Part shown: positions 1-9,390 of the stretch, one piece after another
How positions within the stretch are numbered: the first letter of the stretch is position 1
Layout of the letters: each line of letters opens with the position of its first letter
From: Desulfococcus sp. 4484_241
Lineage (GTDB): Bacteria > Desulfobacterota > Desulfobacteria > Desulfobacterales > Desulfosudaceae
Assembly: GCA_002085115.1 (NCBI GenBank)
Contig: MZGQ01000005.1
Location: 1,818-65,817, forward strand
Reading direction: 5' to 3'
DNA: 64,000 nt
Position numbers and translations under genes: made by a program
The notes under the pieces: generated by a model
What the model was told of the DNA's origin: nothing
The model's database searches: none
Seen by the model: the letters and a program-made list of their open reading frames with translations, nothing else

Positions 1-1358
1 CCGCTGCCGCAGCAGAAGGTCTGTTCACGTATGGTGTTCGGCGGCATCTCATAAAAATGGTTACACACGTTCTTTATCACGTACCTTGGTTCTTCTAATA
101 TTCCCATGCCTCTGGAGGGATTGCAGGAATCGTGAAAGGTCACCTTCAGGTGATCGTTGCGCGAAGGATCAAGGTTTAGTTTGCCATGTTTTATGAGGTC
201 GGCAGTAAACTCGGCTATGTGAACCATCTTTGTCGAACGGGCGTTTTCAAACACCGTACCTGTGATCGGCGAGACCGGCTCTTCAAGAAAATCAGCCGGG
301 CCGTTCACGGTATCCATATACTGGTGGATAACCCTCCACATGTGCCCGCATTCACCGCCAAGTATCCATTTCACGCCCAGCCTTTTTGCCTCTGCGTACA
401 TTTTAGCGTTAAGGCGTTTCATCGTTTCGTGGGATGTGAAAAATCCGAAGTTCCCCCCCTCCGATGCATACGTGCTCCAGGTGATATCCAGGCCGTACAC
501 CTTTTTCAGGTAGTCGAACAGCATGAGGTAACCCATGCAGGTGTATGTGCCAGGATCTGCAAAGACATCGCCCGACGGTGTTATAAAAAGGATATCGGCT
601 CCCTTTTTGTTCAGCTGTGGCGGATCCACCTTTATCCCCGTGAACTCCTCAATATCGTCAACGAAAAAGTCAAGCATGTCCTTGTATGCATGGGGCTGTA
701 TGCCAAGGTGGTTTCCGGTCCGGTAGCAATTTGCAACAGGCGTTGCTATCCAGTCTATGTTCAGCCCAAGCAGGTTTAACAGTTCCCTGCCCATTATGGT
801 GATTTCGGCGGTGTCTATGCCATAGGGGCAGAAAACAGAGCATCGCCTGCATTCAGTGCACTGAAAGAAGTAGTACCACCACTCCTTTAACACATCGATG
901 GTAAGATCGCGCGCACCCGAAATCTTTTTGCCGAACACCTTTTTCATGATCTTGCCGGCGGTGGTAAAATCGTTCCTGTACACAGAGCGAAGCAGCTCCG
1001 CCCTGAGTACCGGCATGTTTTTCGGATCGCCGGTGCCAAGGTAAAAATGGCATTTGTCGGCGCATGCCCCGCACCTTACGCAGATATCCATGAAAACCTT
1101 GAATGACCTGAACCTCTCAAGCCTCTGTTTCATGCCCTCGTGGATTATCTGCTGCCAGTTGTCCGGAAGGTGCCAGTCCTCCTCCAAAGGATCCCACTTG
1201 TGGGGATATGGAAGTCCGACATACTCCACACTCTTCGGGTTGGCGGCGTAGCAATACATACCCTCCCGTATCTCTACGGGGGTGTCCATCCACCCGGTTG
1301 CCGGTGTTCCGAAGTCTGTCCTTGCCAACAGCTCTTCAGGTTTGATATCGTTTCCCAT
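1..1358 (-). CDS. dsrK: DsrK-like iron-sulfur subunit of the DsrMKJOP sulfite-reduction complex (HdrD/CCG family); the C-terminus lies beyond the left window edge
   Basis: Absent from the ORF track because no stop occurs inside the window. My hand translation of the minus strand from ATG 1358 stays open to position 1 (MGNDIKPEELLARTDFGTPATGWMD...). It contains ferredoxin-type motifs CVRCGACADKC and CTECRRCSVFCP and a CCG-domain signature (FHDSCN ... FCCGSG). The ATG directly follows the dsrM stop (TAG-ATG). Confidence 0.85.
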   Translation of the reverse strand, partial: MGNDIKPEELLARTDFGTPATGWMDTPVEIREGMYCYAANPKSVEYVGLPYPHKWDPLEEDWHLPDNWQQIIHEGMKQRLERFRSFKVFMDICVRCGACADKCHFYLGTGDPKNMPVLRAELLRSVYRNDFTTAGKIMKKVFGKKISGARDLTIDVLKEWWYYFFQCTECRRCSVFCPYGIDTAEITIMGRELLNLLGLNIDWIATPVANCYRTGNHLGIQPHAYKDMLDFFVDDIEEFTGIKVDPPQLNKKGADILFITPSGDVFADPGTYTCMGYLMLFDYLKKVYGLDITWSTYASEGGNFGFFTSHETMKRLNAKMYAEAKRLGVKWILGGECGHMWRVIHQYMDTVNGPADFLEEPVSPITGTVFENARSTKMVHIAEFTADLIKHGKLNLDPSRNDHLKVTFHDSCNPSRGMGILEEPRYVIKNVCNHFYEMPPNTIREQTFCCGS

Positions 1359-2387
1359 CTATTGCTCCTTTTCCACTGGTATGCCAGCTTCTATCATCTT
1401 TTCCCTGAATTCTTCCTCGTATTCCTCATATGTGTGAGTTTTTACGGAATAGTTCCACGGATTGATATGTCTTTTTTCCCTGTTGTTGTTCGCGAGGTTG
1501 CGTGTGGGGGAAAGAAATATACCGCCTGCGTGCATCAGCTTGCTGTATGGAAAGTAGGCTACAAGAACACTGACGAGAAACAGGTGCACGTAAAAAATGG
1601 CGCCAACCCCCTCCGGGACCTTGGGGTGAAGACTTGCAAGCCCCATGGCGAACTCTTTTATCGCTATTACGTCAACCTTTGCAAAGTAACGCATCAGGAT
1701 ACCTGAAGCCGCGATACCTATTATAAGAAACAGCGGAAAATAATCGGATGCAAGCGAGACGTAACGTACCTGCCCAAGAAAAATCCGTCTTCCAAGCAGA
1801 AACAGCAGGGCACCGAGCAGCACAAACCCCGAAAGATAGACGCCGGGCAGGCCTATTTTGAAAAACGGTGCAAAAAATTCAAACCGGAAAAAGGAATCGG
1901 CTTTTTCCAGAAGCTGCACAAATTGTGGAACAGGCTCGAAGAAAAAGCGCAGATGCCTTAACACCACCACCGCAAAGGCGTAATGGAAAGCCAGGGCCGC
2001 CACCCACAGGAAGATCTCCCACCTGTATGAAAGCCTGTAGTTATCCTTGAACTTGGCCTTGGTGTTTCTGAAAAGCGACCTGAACAGAACAATCTCGAAA
2101 AACATTCGCATAACCACGCCGGTGGTTGTGCTGGGGTTGTCTATCTTGTTCTGTTTTATCCACGGCAACGACTTTTCCTGGCCGCAGGTGGTCGGGATAC
2201 GGAACGGAACGTAAGAATCGGCCCAGCCAAGAACTTTTTTCGCAAACCCGATAATAAAGAGGATCGCGGCAACATATGGAACAGCTATGCAAAAAAGGCC
2301 GTTTAACCCCCATACGTCAATACCGGCCCATGCAATCATGGCAAGAGCCACGACTACCGTAAAAGAAAACAGATAATTTAAATTCAT
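1359..2387 (-). CDS. dsrM: DsrM, membrane heme-b subunit of the DsrMKJOP complex (NarI/HdrE-like)
   Basis: 342-aa polytopic membrane ORF with a hydrophilic tail (...NPWNYSVKTHTYEEYEEEFREKMIEAGIPVEKEQ). It sits immediately upstream of and abuts the DsrK-like gene. Confidence 0.85.
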   Translation of the reverse strand: MNLNYLFSFTVVVALAMIAWAGIDVWGLNGLFCIAVPYVAAILFIIGFAKKVLGWADSYVPFRIPTTCGQEKSLPWIKQNKIDNPSTTTGVVMRMFFEIVLFRSLFRNTKAKFKDNYRLSYRWEIFLWVAALAFHYAFAVVVLRHLRFFFEPVPQFVQLLEKADSFFRFEFFAPFFKIGLPGVYLSGFVLLGALLFLLGRRIFLGQVRYVSLASDYFPLFLIIGIAASGILMRYFAKVDVIAIKEFAMGLASLHPKVPEGVGAIFYVHLFLVSVLVAYFPYSKLMHAGGIFLSPTRNLANNNREKRHINPWNYSVKTHTYEEYEEEFREKMIEAGIPVEKEQ

Positions 2388-2429
2388 TACTTACCTCTCT
2401 GTTCTGTATGTATAATGCCATTTATATTT

Positions 2430-2942
2430 TCAACCCCCGTTTTTTGAATTTAAAAGCAGACCGGCGCGTTCAAAAGCCCTGAAGGTTCGGTTTCGAACTT
2501 CACAGGCCTTGAGCTCGTATATTTTTTCACGGCATTCCATGAACTTGTCGAAACATATAAGCGCAAGCCCGTCGATCTTTTTGTCCATCAACTCAAGGTC
2601 CATTGCTACTTCCGAATCGTCGGCGGTTATCACGTCGCGCAGGATCTTTTTTAAAAAAAAGACAAAAGAGATGCTTGCCGAAGGAGAAAATCCCTGAACG
2701 GCCCTGACCCGGACCAGGGGATCAATACTCTCAGAAAGTTCGTTAACTCCGGCATCCTCCACGAGCCCGTCAAAAACCTTTTCGAGGCTTTCCGAAATTA
2801 TGGCGGAAACGGGATTTGCGAACCGATCGCCCTTTTGGTTCAAAAACGAAGCGGTTTGCTTAGCATACGTATCTGCCACGTGTTCAAACCACGCTTTTAA
2901 AATACGGTTTTTCTCACGTGCGATTCCTGATTCATGGCTCAT
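2430..2942 (-). CDS. RsbRD N-terminal-domain protein, as commonly found upstream of dsrMKJOP
   Basis: Soluble ORF with ...ILKAWFEHVADTYAKQTASFLNQKGDRFANPVSAIISESLEKVFDGLVED, which I recognise as the RsbRD_N-type pattern. The ATG at 2942 (MSHESG) is preferred over the GTG at 2999. It has the same orientation as dsrMK. Confidence 0.5.
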   Translation of the reverse strand: MSHESGIAREKNRILKAWFEHVADTYAKQTASFLNQKGDRFANPVSAIISESLEKVFDGLVEDAGVNELSESIDPLVRVRAVQGFSPSASISFVFFLKKILRDVITADDSEVAMDLELMDKKIDGLALICFDKFMECREKIYELKACEVRNRTFRAFERAGLLLNSKNGG

Positions 2943-3148
2943 GGCCGGGTCAGCAACTCCTTTAAAATTTAAGTTTAAACGATTTGTATAGCCAAACACA
3001 AAGGCTCTGTCAAGAAAAATACGACCAGCCGCTACTTCCCAAATTCAATTCACTCCCTTCCTTGCCCCAAAAAAACATGCGGACAGTAATGTTTGAAACC
3101 ATCCTGTTGCATTGACTTTGCAACAACGGGCTGTTAACTTCACCTGCT

Positions 3149-5149
3149 ATGGAAAAAGGCACGATTATCGACTACATAGACAAGCAGAAAATGGTGTGCG
3201 CGGTGGTTATAGATTCCATAATCGCCGGAAGCCACCAGGTTCGGCTGTTAACCGAAAACGACCGGGATGTGCGGCTGCCTGTCCACCGTATTTCATACGC
3301 GGGGGGCAGACTCGATCCGGCAGTGGGTCGAAGCGCACTGGTTGAAATGCTCAGGGCAACCGCTTTAAAAAGGGAGGATATTGCAAAAAGAATCAGCATA
3401 GAATCCCTGTGGGAGCTCGTGCGTGACGAGAACCAGTGGATAGACCTTAAAACCATGACGGAAATGTGCTTTTCAGAACCGGTAACTCCGGATCATGAAG
3501 CAGCGCTCGTAAGGGCGATCTTTGCCGACAGGCTCTATTTCAAGTTTAACCACAACAGGTTTCTGCCCCATTCCGAGGAGCAGATAAAAGCCATTCTTGC
3601 ACGGCGGGAAAAAGAGGAGCGGCATCGGCGGCTGATTAATGAAGGTTCCGAATGGCTAAAGACTGTGTGCAAGGGCCCTGTGGCCGAACCGGATGAAAAT
3701 GTGCGGGAAGTTGTTGAAATACTCGTCGACTACTACCTGTTTGGAAAGGATGCCGGTGAGTACGCCATAGCAAAGGAGATCATCACCATGGCGGGCGGGA
3801 TTTCCCCTGACACGCTCTTTTCACTGCTTGTGAGATTAGGGGTGTGGGACCCGCATGAGAATACCGACCTTCTGAAACACGGAGTTCCGGTATCATGGCC
3901 AGACAAGGTCCTTGACGAGGCTCGCAGCCTGTCCGGTTTGCCTGGTGTGTCAGTTTCTGCACACCAGAGGGAGGATCTTACCGGCCTTTACGTAATAACG
4001 ATAGATGGTGCCGATACCCTTGATTTTGATGACGCCCTGAGCATAGAGCAACTTGAAGACGGTTCATCCAGGATCGGTATCCACATAAGCGACGTGGCAG
4101 AGCGCATTAAAAGGGGCGGAGCGCTCGATACCGAAGCGCTGAGACGCGGAAGCTCCATCTACACGGCCGACCTGAGAATCCCGATGTTCCCCCCTGTCTT
4201 ATCCGAGGGGGTTTGCAGCCTTAAGGCCGGCGAGAACCGGCCTGCGATCTCGGTTATTGCAGAATTTTCTCCCCAGGCCGAACTGGTTGATTTTCGTGTA
4301 ACAGCTTCAATTATAAACGTGAACAAACACCTGACCTATGCGGACGCTAATGCCATGATCGGCAGCGACAACCGTATCGCTTCACTTTACCGGGTTGCAA
4401 GCAGCCTGAGGGAGCGCAGGCTGAAAGATGGAGCACTGATCATCGATCTTCCTGAAATAATGGTCGGGTTTGATGAAAAGAGACATGTAAACCTGCGCAG
4501 GATCGAACAGAGGAGCCCGGCAAGGGTGCTTGTTGAGGAGATGATGATCGTTGCCAACTGGATCTTGGCAAGATTTTTAAGGGACAGGAACATCCCTGCG
4601 GTTTTCCGTTCCCAGCCTGAGCCAAGGCAGCGTCTTTTCAAAAAAGGAGAAACCAATAACGACCTTTTTTTAAACTGGGTGCAAAGGAAACTTGTCTCTC
4701 ATGCTTCTCTCGGCTGCAAGCCTGGGCGGCACTGCGGCCTTGGCCTCGATCTCTACACTACGGCAACCTCTCCCATACGAAAGTATATCGACCTTATCAC
4801 CCAGCGTCAGGTAAGGGCGGGCCTGAATCTGGGAACTCCCTATACGAAGGATGAGATAGACCACCTCCTCCATGAGCTTGAGAAACCTCTTGGCTATGTG
4901 GGAAAGATCCAGCAGGCAAGGCACAGGTACTGGGTGTTGAAATATCTTGAAACAATGGTGGGCACAAGCATGGATGCTATCGTGCTTGACAGATTCAAAA
5001 ACGAGTACTCCATCCTGTTGCCTGATTACCTGGTAGAGTGCAGGCTGCCGGCACCCCGTGCGGCCAAGCTGAATCCAAAGGATATTGTGAGGGTGAAGGT
5101 GCAGCATGTCAATGCCCGGCAAAACATCATCTCCGTGTTTTTCAGCTGA
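3149..5149 (+). CDS. RNB-domain 3'-5' exoribonuclease (RNase II / RNase R family)
   Basis: 666 aa. RNB catalytic motif ITIDGADTLDFDDALSIE, N-terminal OB-like region and C-terminal S1-like segment (IVRVKVQHVNARQNIISVF). Confidence 0.85.
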   Translation: MEKGTIIDYIDKQKMVCAVVIDSIIAGSHQVRLLTENDRDVRLPVHRISYAGGRLDPAVGRSALVEMLRATALKREDIAKRISIESLWELVRDENQWIDLKTMTEMCFSEPVTPDHEAALVRAIFADRLYFKFNHNRFLPHSEEQIKAILARREKEERHRRLINEGSEWLKTVCKGPVAEPDENVREVVEILVDYYLFGKDAGEYAIAKEIITMAGGISPDTLFSLLVRLGVWDPHENTDLLKHGVPVSWPDKVLDEARSLSGLPGVSVSAHQREDLTGLYVITIDGADTLDFDDALSIEQLEDGSSRIGIHISDVAERIKRGGALDTEALRRGSSIYTADLRIPMFPPVLSEGVCSLKAGENRPAISVIAEFSPQAELVDFRVTASIINVNKHLTYADANAMIGSDNRIASLYRVASSLRERRLKDGALIIDLPEIMVGFDEKRHVNLRRIEQRSPARVLVEEMMIVANWILARFLRDRNIPAVFRSQPEPRQRLFKKGETNNDLFLNWVQRKLVSHASLGCKPGRHCGLGLDLYTTATSPIRKYIDLITQRQVRAGLNLGTPYTKDEIDHLLHELEKPLGYVGKIQQARHRYWVLKYLETMVGTSMDAIVLDRFKNEYSILLPDYLVECRLPAPRAAKLNPKDIVRVKVQHVNARQNIISVFFS

Positions 5150-5225
5150 TACACCCGGCCCTTTGGGGTAATATACCGGCCACTGCACTAATGGCTTTCG
5201 ACCAGAACCGGAACAATAGCAACGC

Positions 5226-7517
5226 ATGAAAAAACAGAAAAACAGCGAAACAATTCCGCAAGCCTCTTTTACCCGGAGCCTGGGGGTTTTTGACGCGTCC
5301 ATGATCGGCATCGGCGCCATGATCGGTGCCGGTATCTTTGTGCTCACCGGAATCGCAGCCGGAGAAGCCGGGCCGTCCGCGCTGCTGGCCTTTGCCTTAA
5401 ACGGCCTTGTAACCCTGCTGACCGCGCTGTGCTATGCAGAACTTGCATCAGCCTATCCCCGCTCAGGTGGTGGGTACTCGTATGTCGTCAAGGCCTTCCC
5501 AGGGCCGACGGGGTTTGCGGCAGGATGGATGTTGTGGTTCTGCTATATTATCGCATGCTCCCTTTATGCACTTGGGTTCGGGAGTTATTTCTGGGAATTC
5601 ATGCACGCCTATTTTCCCGGGCTCTCGGACTGGGTCTTCTCCATCGCCGGCAGACATTTGCCGGCGCTCGCCATGACAACTATCGTGTCTGCGACGTTTA
5701 TATTTATCAATATGCGCGGGACCGCTTTGACCGGAAAGGTCGAAAATCTTGTCACAATTGCAAAGATTCTCATCCTTGCTGTTTTTATTCTTTTCGGTTT
5801 GAAAAGGATGGCAGGCATACCGCACGCGGCCATGGCGAACTTCAAGCCATTCATGCCAAACGGGTTTACAGGAGTGATCCTGGCCATGGGCCTGACATTT
5901 ATCGCATTTGAAGGCTATGACCTGATCGCAACGGTTGCAGAAGAAATCAAAGACCCTGAAAAAACAATACCGCGCGCGACCCTGATTTCACTTTCCGTTA
6001 CGGTGCTTATCTACCTGCTGGTCATGTTTGTCTGTATCGGAGCCATCCAGCCGGCATCCGGCACATCATGGCAGTTTTTGGGTAAGTATCAGGAAACGGC
6101 CATAGCCAGGGCCGCCGAAACCTTCATGCCGGCGTTCGGAGTTGCGCTTATAATATTCGGCGGCCTGCTCTCAACTGTTTCGGCCCTTAATGCCACTATA
6201 CTTGCATCTTCCAGGGTTGCCTTCTCCATGAGCCGCGACAGGATGCTGCCTGAAATGTTGAAGACAATTCATGAAACCCGACGCACTCCCCATATAGCCA
6301 TTGGGGTTACAGGGGCCATTGTTATCGGTATTTCACTGTTTTTCCCCATCCAGGTTATAGGCTCTGCCGCAAGCCTCATGTTCCTGCTCACCTTCAGCAT
6401 GGTAAATCTTTCAGTAATTGCCCTGCGCCGAAAATTTCCCGAGCTGAAGCCGGGCTTCCGGGTTCCGCTCTACCCGGTGACACCCATTGCGGCTATGGCA
6501 CTGAACATATTGCTTGCATTATTCCAGTACAGGTTTGATCCAAGGTCATGGTACCTCGCTCTTGCCTGGATTATCACGGGGCTGTTTATATACTTCATCC
6601 ATTTTGAAAAAATCCGGGAAGCTGAAATGCCACAGGTCCTGGAAGTGGGGCAAACCGCGGAGCCGGACAGCCATGGTTTCCGCATCCTGGTTCCGCTTGC
6701 CAACCCGGATAACATCATCCCGCTGATGGATCTGGCCATTCCCATAGCCAGGGCACATAACGGAGAGATCATCGCTCTCGGGGTGATCGATCTTCCCATA
6801 AACACACCGGTGCACGAGGGTATGCGGTTTGTTCACCACAAAACCCCGCTTTTGCGGGAGGCCCTGAAATACGGGAATAAGCATGGCGTTGAAACCCGCC
6901 AGGCGCTGCGCATAGCCCACAGGGTGTGGGATGGAATCATACAGGCCGCTGAATCTGAACATGCATCCCTGGTAATTATGGGGTGGAAAGGATATACGTC
7001 AACGCGTGACAGGATACTGGGAGAGGTGACAGACAAGGTTGTGCGGTATACCCCCTGCGATCTGGTTGTCGTAAAGCTTATGGCCGACCGTCCTATAAAA
7101 AAGGTGTTGTTCCCGACCGCCGGCGGGCCGCATACCAGGCTGGCAGCCGAATATCTTAGGTATTATTGCGATATTTACGAATACACGGTCGACTGCTGCT
7201 ACGTTATCAAACCCGGTGCGGACGAAAACCAGCGGGCCGAGGCCCTGCGCCGTATTGAAAAAATCACAAGCAGCACCGGCCTCGACGAGAGGGCGAACAC
7301 GCTGCTTATTCCCGGTAAACGCGTGGCGTCATCCATAGCTAAGGCCGCGCAGTCGTACGACCTGGTCGTCATGGGGGCCTCGAACGAAGGCCTTTTCTCA
7401 AATGCGCTGTTTGGCGAAATACCGGAAAGGGTGGCCCGGTATGCGACCACACAGGTCATGATAGTCAAGCAAAAGGAAGGCGCGGTAAAATCGTTTGTGA
7501 AAAAGGTGATAGGATAA
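5226..7517 (+). CDS. APC-superfamily amino-acid permease fused to two C-terminal universal stress protein (USP) domains
   Basis: 763 aa. The N-terminal ~470 aa form a polytopic region with SMIGIGAMIGAGIFVLTG. The C-terminal ~280 aa carry two USP-like halves (ASLVIMGWKG... and YDLVVMGASNEG...). Confidence 0.8.
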   Translation: MKKQKNSETIPQASFTRSLGVFDASMIGIGAMIGAGIFVLTGIAAGEAGPSALLAFALNGLVTLLTALCYAELASAYPRSGGGYSYVVKAFPGPTGFAAGWMLWFCYIIACSLYALGFGSYFWEFMHAYFPGLSDWVFSIAGRHLPALAMTTIVSATFIFINMRGTALTGKVENLVTIAKILILAVFILFGLKRMAGIPHAAMANFKPFMPNGFTGVILAMGLTFIAFEGYDLIATVAEEIKDPEKTIPRATLISLSVTVLIYLLVMFVCIGAIQPASGTSWQFLGKYQETAIARAAETFMPAFGVALIIFGGLLSTVSALNATILASSRVAFSMSRDRMLPEMLKTIHETRRTPHIAIGVTGAIVIGISLFFPIQVIGSAASLMFLLTFSMVNLSVIALRRKFPELKPGFRVPLYPVTPIAAMALNILLALFQYRFDPRSWYLALAWIITGLFIYFIHFEKIREAEMPQVLEVGQTAEPDSHGFRILVPLANPDNIIPLMDLAIPIARAHNGEIIALGVIDLPINTPVHEGMRFVHHKTPLLREALKYGNKHGVETRQALRIAHRVWDGIIQAAESEHASLVIMGWKGYTSTRDRILGEVTDKVVRYTPCDLVVVKLMADRPIKKVLFPTAGGPHTRLAAEYLRYYCDIYEYTVDCCYVIKPGADENQRAEALRRIEKITSSTGLDERANTLLIPGKRVASSIAKAAQSYDLVVMGASNEGLFSNALFGEIPERVARYATTQVMIVKQKEGAVKSFVKKVIG

Positions 7518-7605
7518 CCCGGTCGGAAAAACTCATACCAAATAAAAGCCTCGCCATCACCAAAGATGACGATTATCTGCAAAATCCTGCCACGCAGCCG
7601 CAGGT

Positions 7606-8423
7606 TTAAAAATCGTTCCATTCAGTGACCGGTTCAAGAGGCACCTGCGGATATATCTGGCCGTGGGCAGGGGGCATGGAGTTGTAGACCCAGTTAATAT
7701 CAATGCTTCCGGTCTTTATGCCGCGCACCCGGCAAAACCGGTTGAACCTTCCCCTTACCATAACGTTTTCCATCTTCATGGTGATCCCGAACACAGCCAC
7801 TGTCTCTCCTTCAGGCACCTGGCAAAGCTCGTCTCCGTAGGCCAGGGTGGAAAATACCAGCCTTCCGGAAACCCGTTGTCTTTTATATATGCAAGAAATT
7901 TCAGCGAACCTAACATGTTTAACAACTTTTCCCCAAAGGGGGTCAGGGCCCGGCCATGCTCTTTGGACGCAGATTTTCCCCTGGCAAAACGGGTCATCAG
8001 GGTTGAGAGAATGATTCCGGCAAGGGGCAGGTTCTCCGGCCCGCGGGCATCGATGAGGTCCAGGTAGTGAACCGTGTTGATACCAAAGTAAGCGTTGTAC
8101 CTAAACATGGGCAGGTCGTTGTAGGATTCATATTCAGGCCCGTCCATACGTAAATGGGTCCATCTGGCATGTCCGCGCCACATCCTCCGGTCCATGGTCA
8201 GCACCAGAAAGGCGATGTTTGGATTTTTCTGTATATTGCTCTTGCTGCTGCCCTTGCAGAACTCTCCCAGGGTGACCTGTTTCGGGCCGTTGGCCCGGAT
8301 GGAGGTGAGCAGGGTTATATGCGGCAGTCCTTCCGGAGTGATGGAAGCCACCAGCCCGATCTTTTCCGCAGGAGAAAACGCCTCCATTGCCTGCTTGTCA
8401 AACTCCTTTAAATCATATCCCAT
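7606..8423 (-). pseudogene. Tandem pyridoxamine-5'-phosphate-oxidase-like (FMN-binding split-barrel) protein, interrupted by a 1-nt frameshift near 7845-7875
   Basis: ORF 7776..8456 has an ATG at 8423 preceded by AGGAGG. It is coherent up to ...KFLAYIKDNGFPEG, then degenerates. The adjacent frame (ORF 7606..7818, open further upstream) reads LVFSTLAYGDELCQVPEGETVAVFGITMKMENVMVRGRFNRF... This second half mirrors the first domain: ITPEGLPHITLLTSI compares with IKDNGFPEG-LVFSTL, and AFLVLTMDRRMWRGHARW with AVFGITMKMENVMVRGRF. Confidence 0.6.
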
Positions 8424-9390
8424 CTTCCGCCTCCTGTTGTATATTTTCTGTTTCAAGCCGGGTGGAGCCGGACCAGTTGACGATCTCAGGGTTTACCCCG
8501 GATTTTCTGGCCACATCCGCCATCTCCTCCATGAACTGCCTGGATAGCAATTCGCTGTCATGGAACATCCATTTACGGCCCAGGCGCAGATACTTGTCCC
8601 GGCACAGGTTGTTGAATGCACACAGTTCCCACCGGGAAACCACTTGGGAAAGGTTTTTGGCAATAAATCGACCAATCCCGTTTATATTCTCCTGTGTGGC
8701 AGTGGCCCCGGGGATCACCGGGGTTCTGATCCAAAGTTCACGCGGGTAAACATGGGATGCGATATAATCTGCCACAAAACGCAGGTTATCAATAATCCGT
8801 TTGTTGGAATGCCCGGTAAACCGCCGGTGTGTTTCTGCATCCATCAGCTTCATGTCAAACATGACCAGCACGGCATAGGGGAGTATCTTTTCCAGCGCCT
8901 CTTTTCCGCATTGACCGCAGGTGTCCAGGGCCGTGTGAAGCCCCTTGCCCCGGAGCGCCTTTAAAAAAGCCCCGGCAAATTCAAACTGCATGGTCGGTTC
9001 GCCCCCTGATATGGTGACCCCGCCGCCGGATGTTTCAAAATAGGCCCGATCCTTGACGACTTCGTTCACCAGGGCTTCAAGGTCCCAGGTTTTTCCTAAA
9101 ATTTCCAGGGCCGTGCCAGGGCATTCAGCCGCACAAGCGGTACAGACATTGCAAAGAGAGCGGTCGATCTGTATTCCCTGTTCGGTCATGGACAGGGCGT
9201 TTTTCGGACAAACCGACAGGCAGGTTTTGCACCCGATACACCTGTTGCCGACCCAGCAAAGCTGAGGCCTGGGGGATATGCTTTCCGGGTTGTGGCACCA
9301 GGCGCATTCCAGGGTGCACCCTTTAAAGAACACCGTGGTTCGTATGCCGGGCCCGTCCTCGGTGGACATCCGCACGATCTCAAGGCGGCA
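8413..9390 (-). CDS. Glycyl-radical-enzyme activating enzyme (radical SAM with two extra ferredoxin-like clusters), encoded as the in-frame C-terminal part of the GRE reading frame
   Basis: RLEIVRMSTEDGPGIRTTVFFKGCTLECAWCHNPE (CX3CX2C), then CIGCKTCLSVCP and CNVCTACAAECP, then GGVTISGGEP. There is no stop codon between this part and the GRE glycine-radical domain. An internal ATG lies at 9369. Confidence 0.85.
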   Translation of the reverse strand, partial: CRLEIVRMSTEDGPGIRTTVFFKGCTLECAWCHNPESISPRPQLCWVGNRCIGCKTCLSVCPKNALSMTEQGIQIDRSLCNVCTACAAECPGTALEILGKTWDLEALVNEVVKDRAYFETSGGGVTISGGEPTMQFEFAGAFLKALRGKGLHTALDTCGQCGKEALEKILPYAVLVMFDMKLMDAETHRRFTGHSNKRIIDNLRFVADYIASHVYPRELWIRTPVIPGATATQENINGIGRFIAKNLSQVVSRWELCAFNNLCRDKYLRLGRKWMFHDSELLSRQFMEEMADVARKSGVNPEIVNWSGSTRLETENIQQEAEDGI

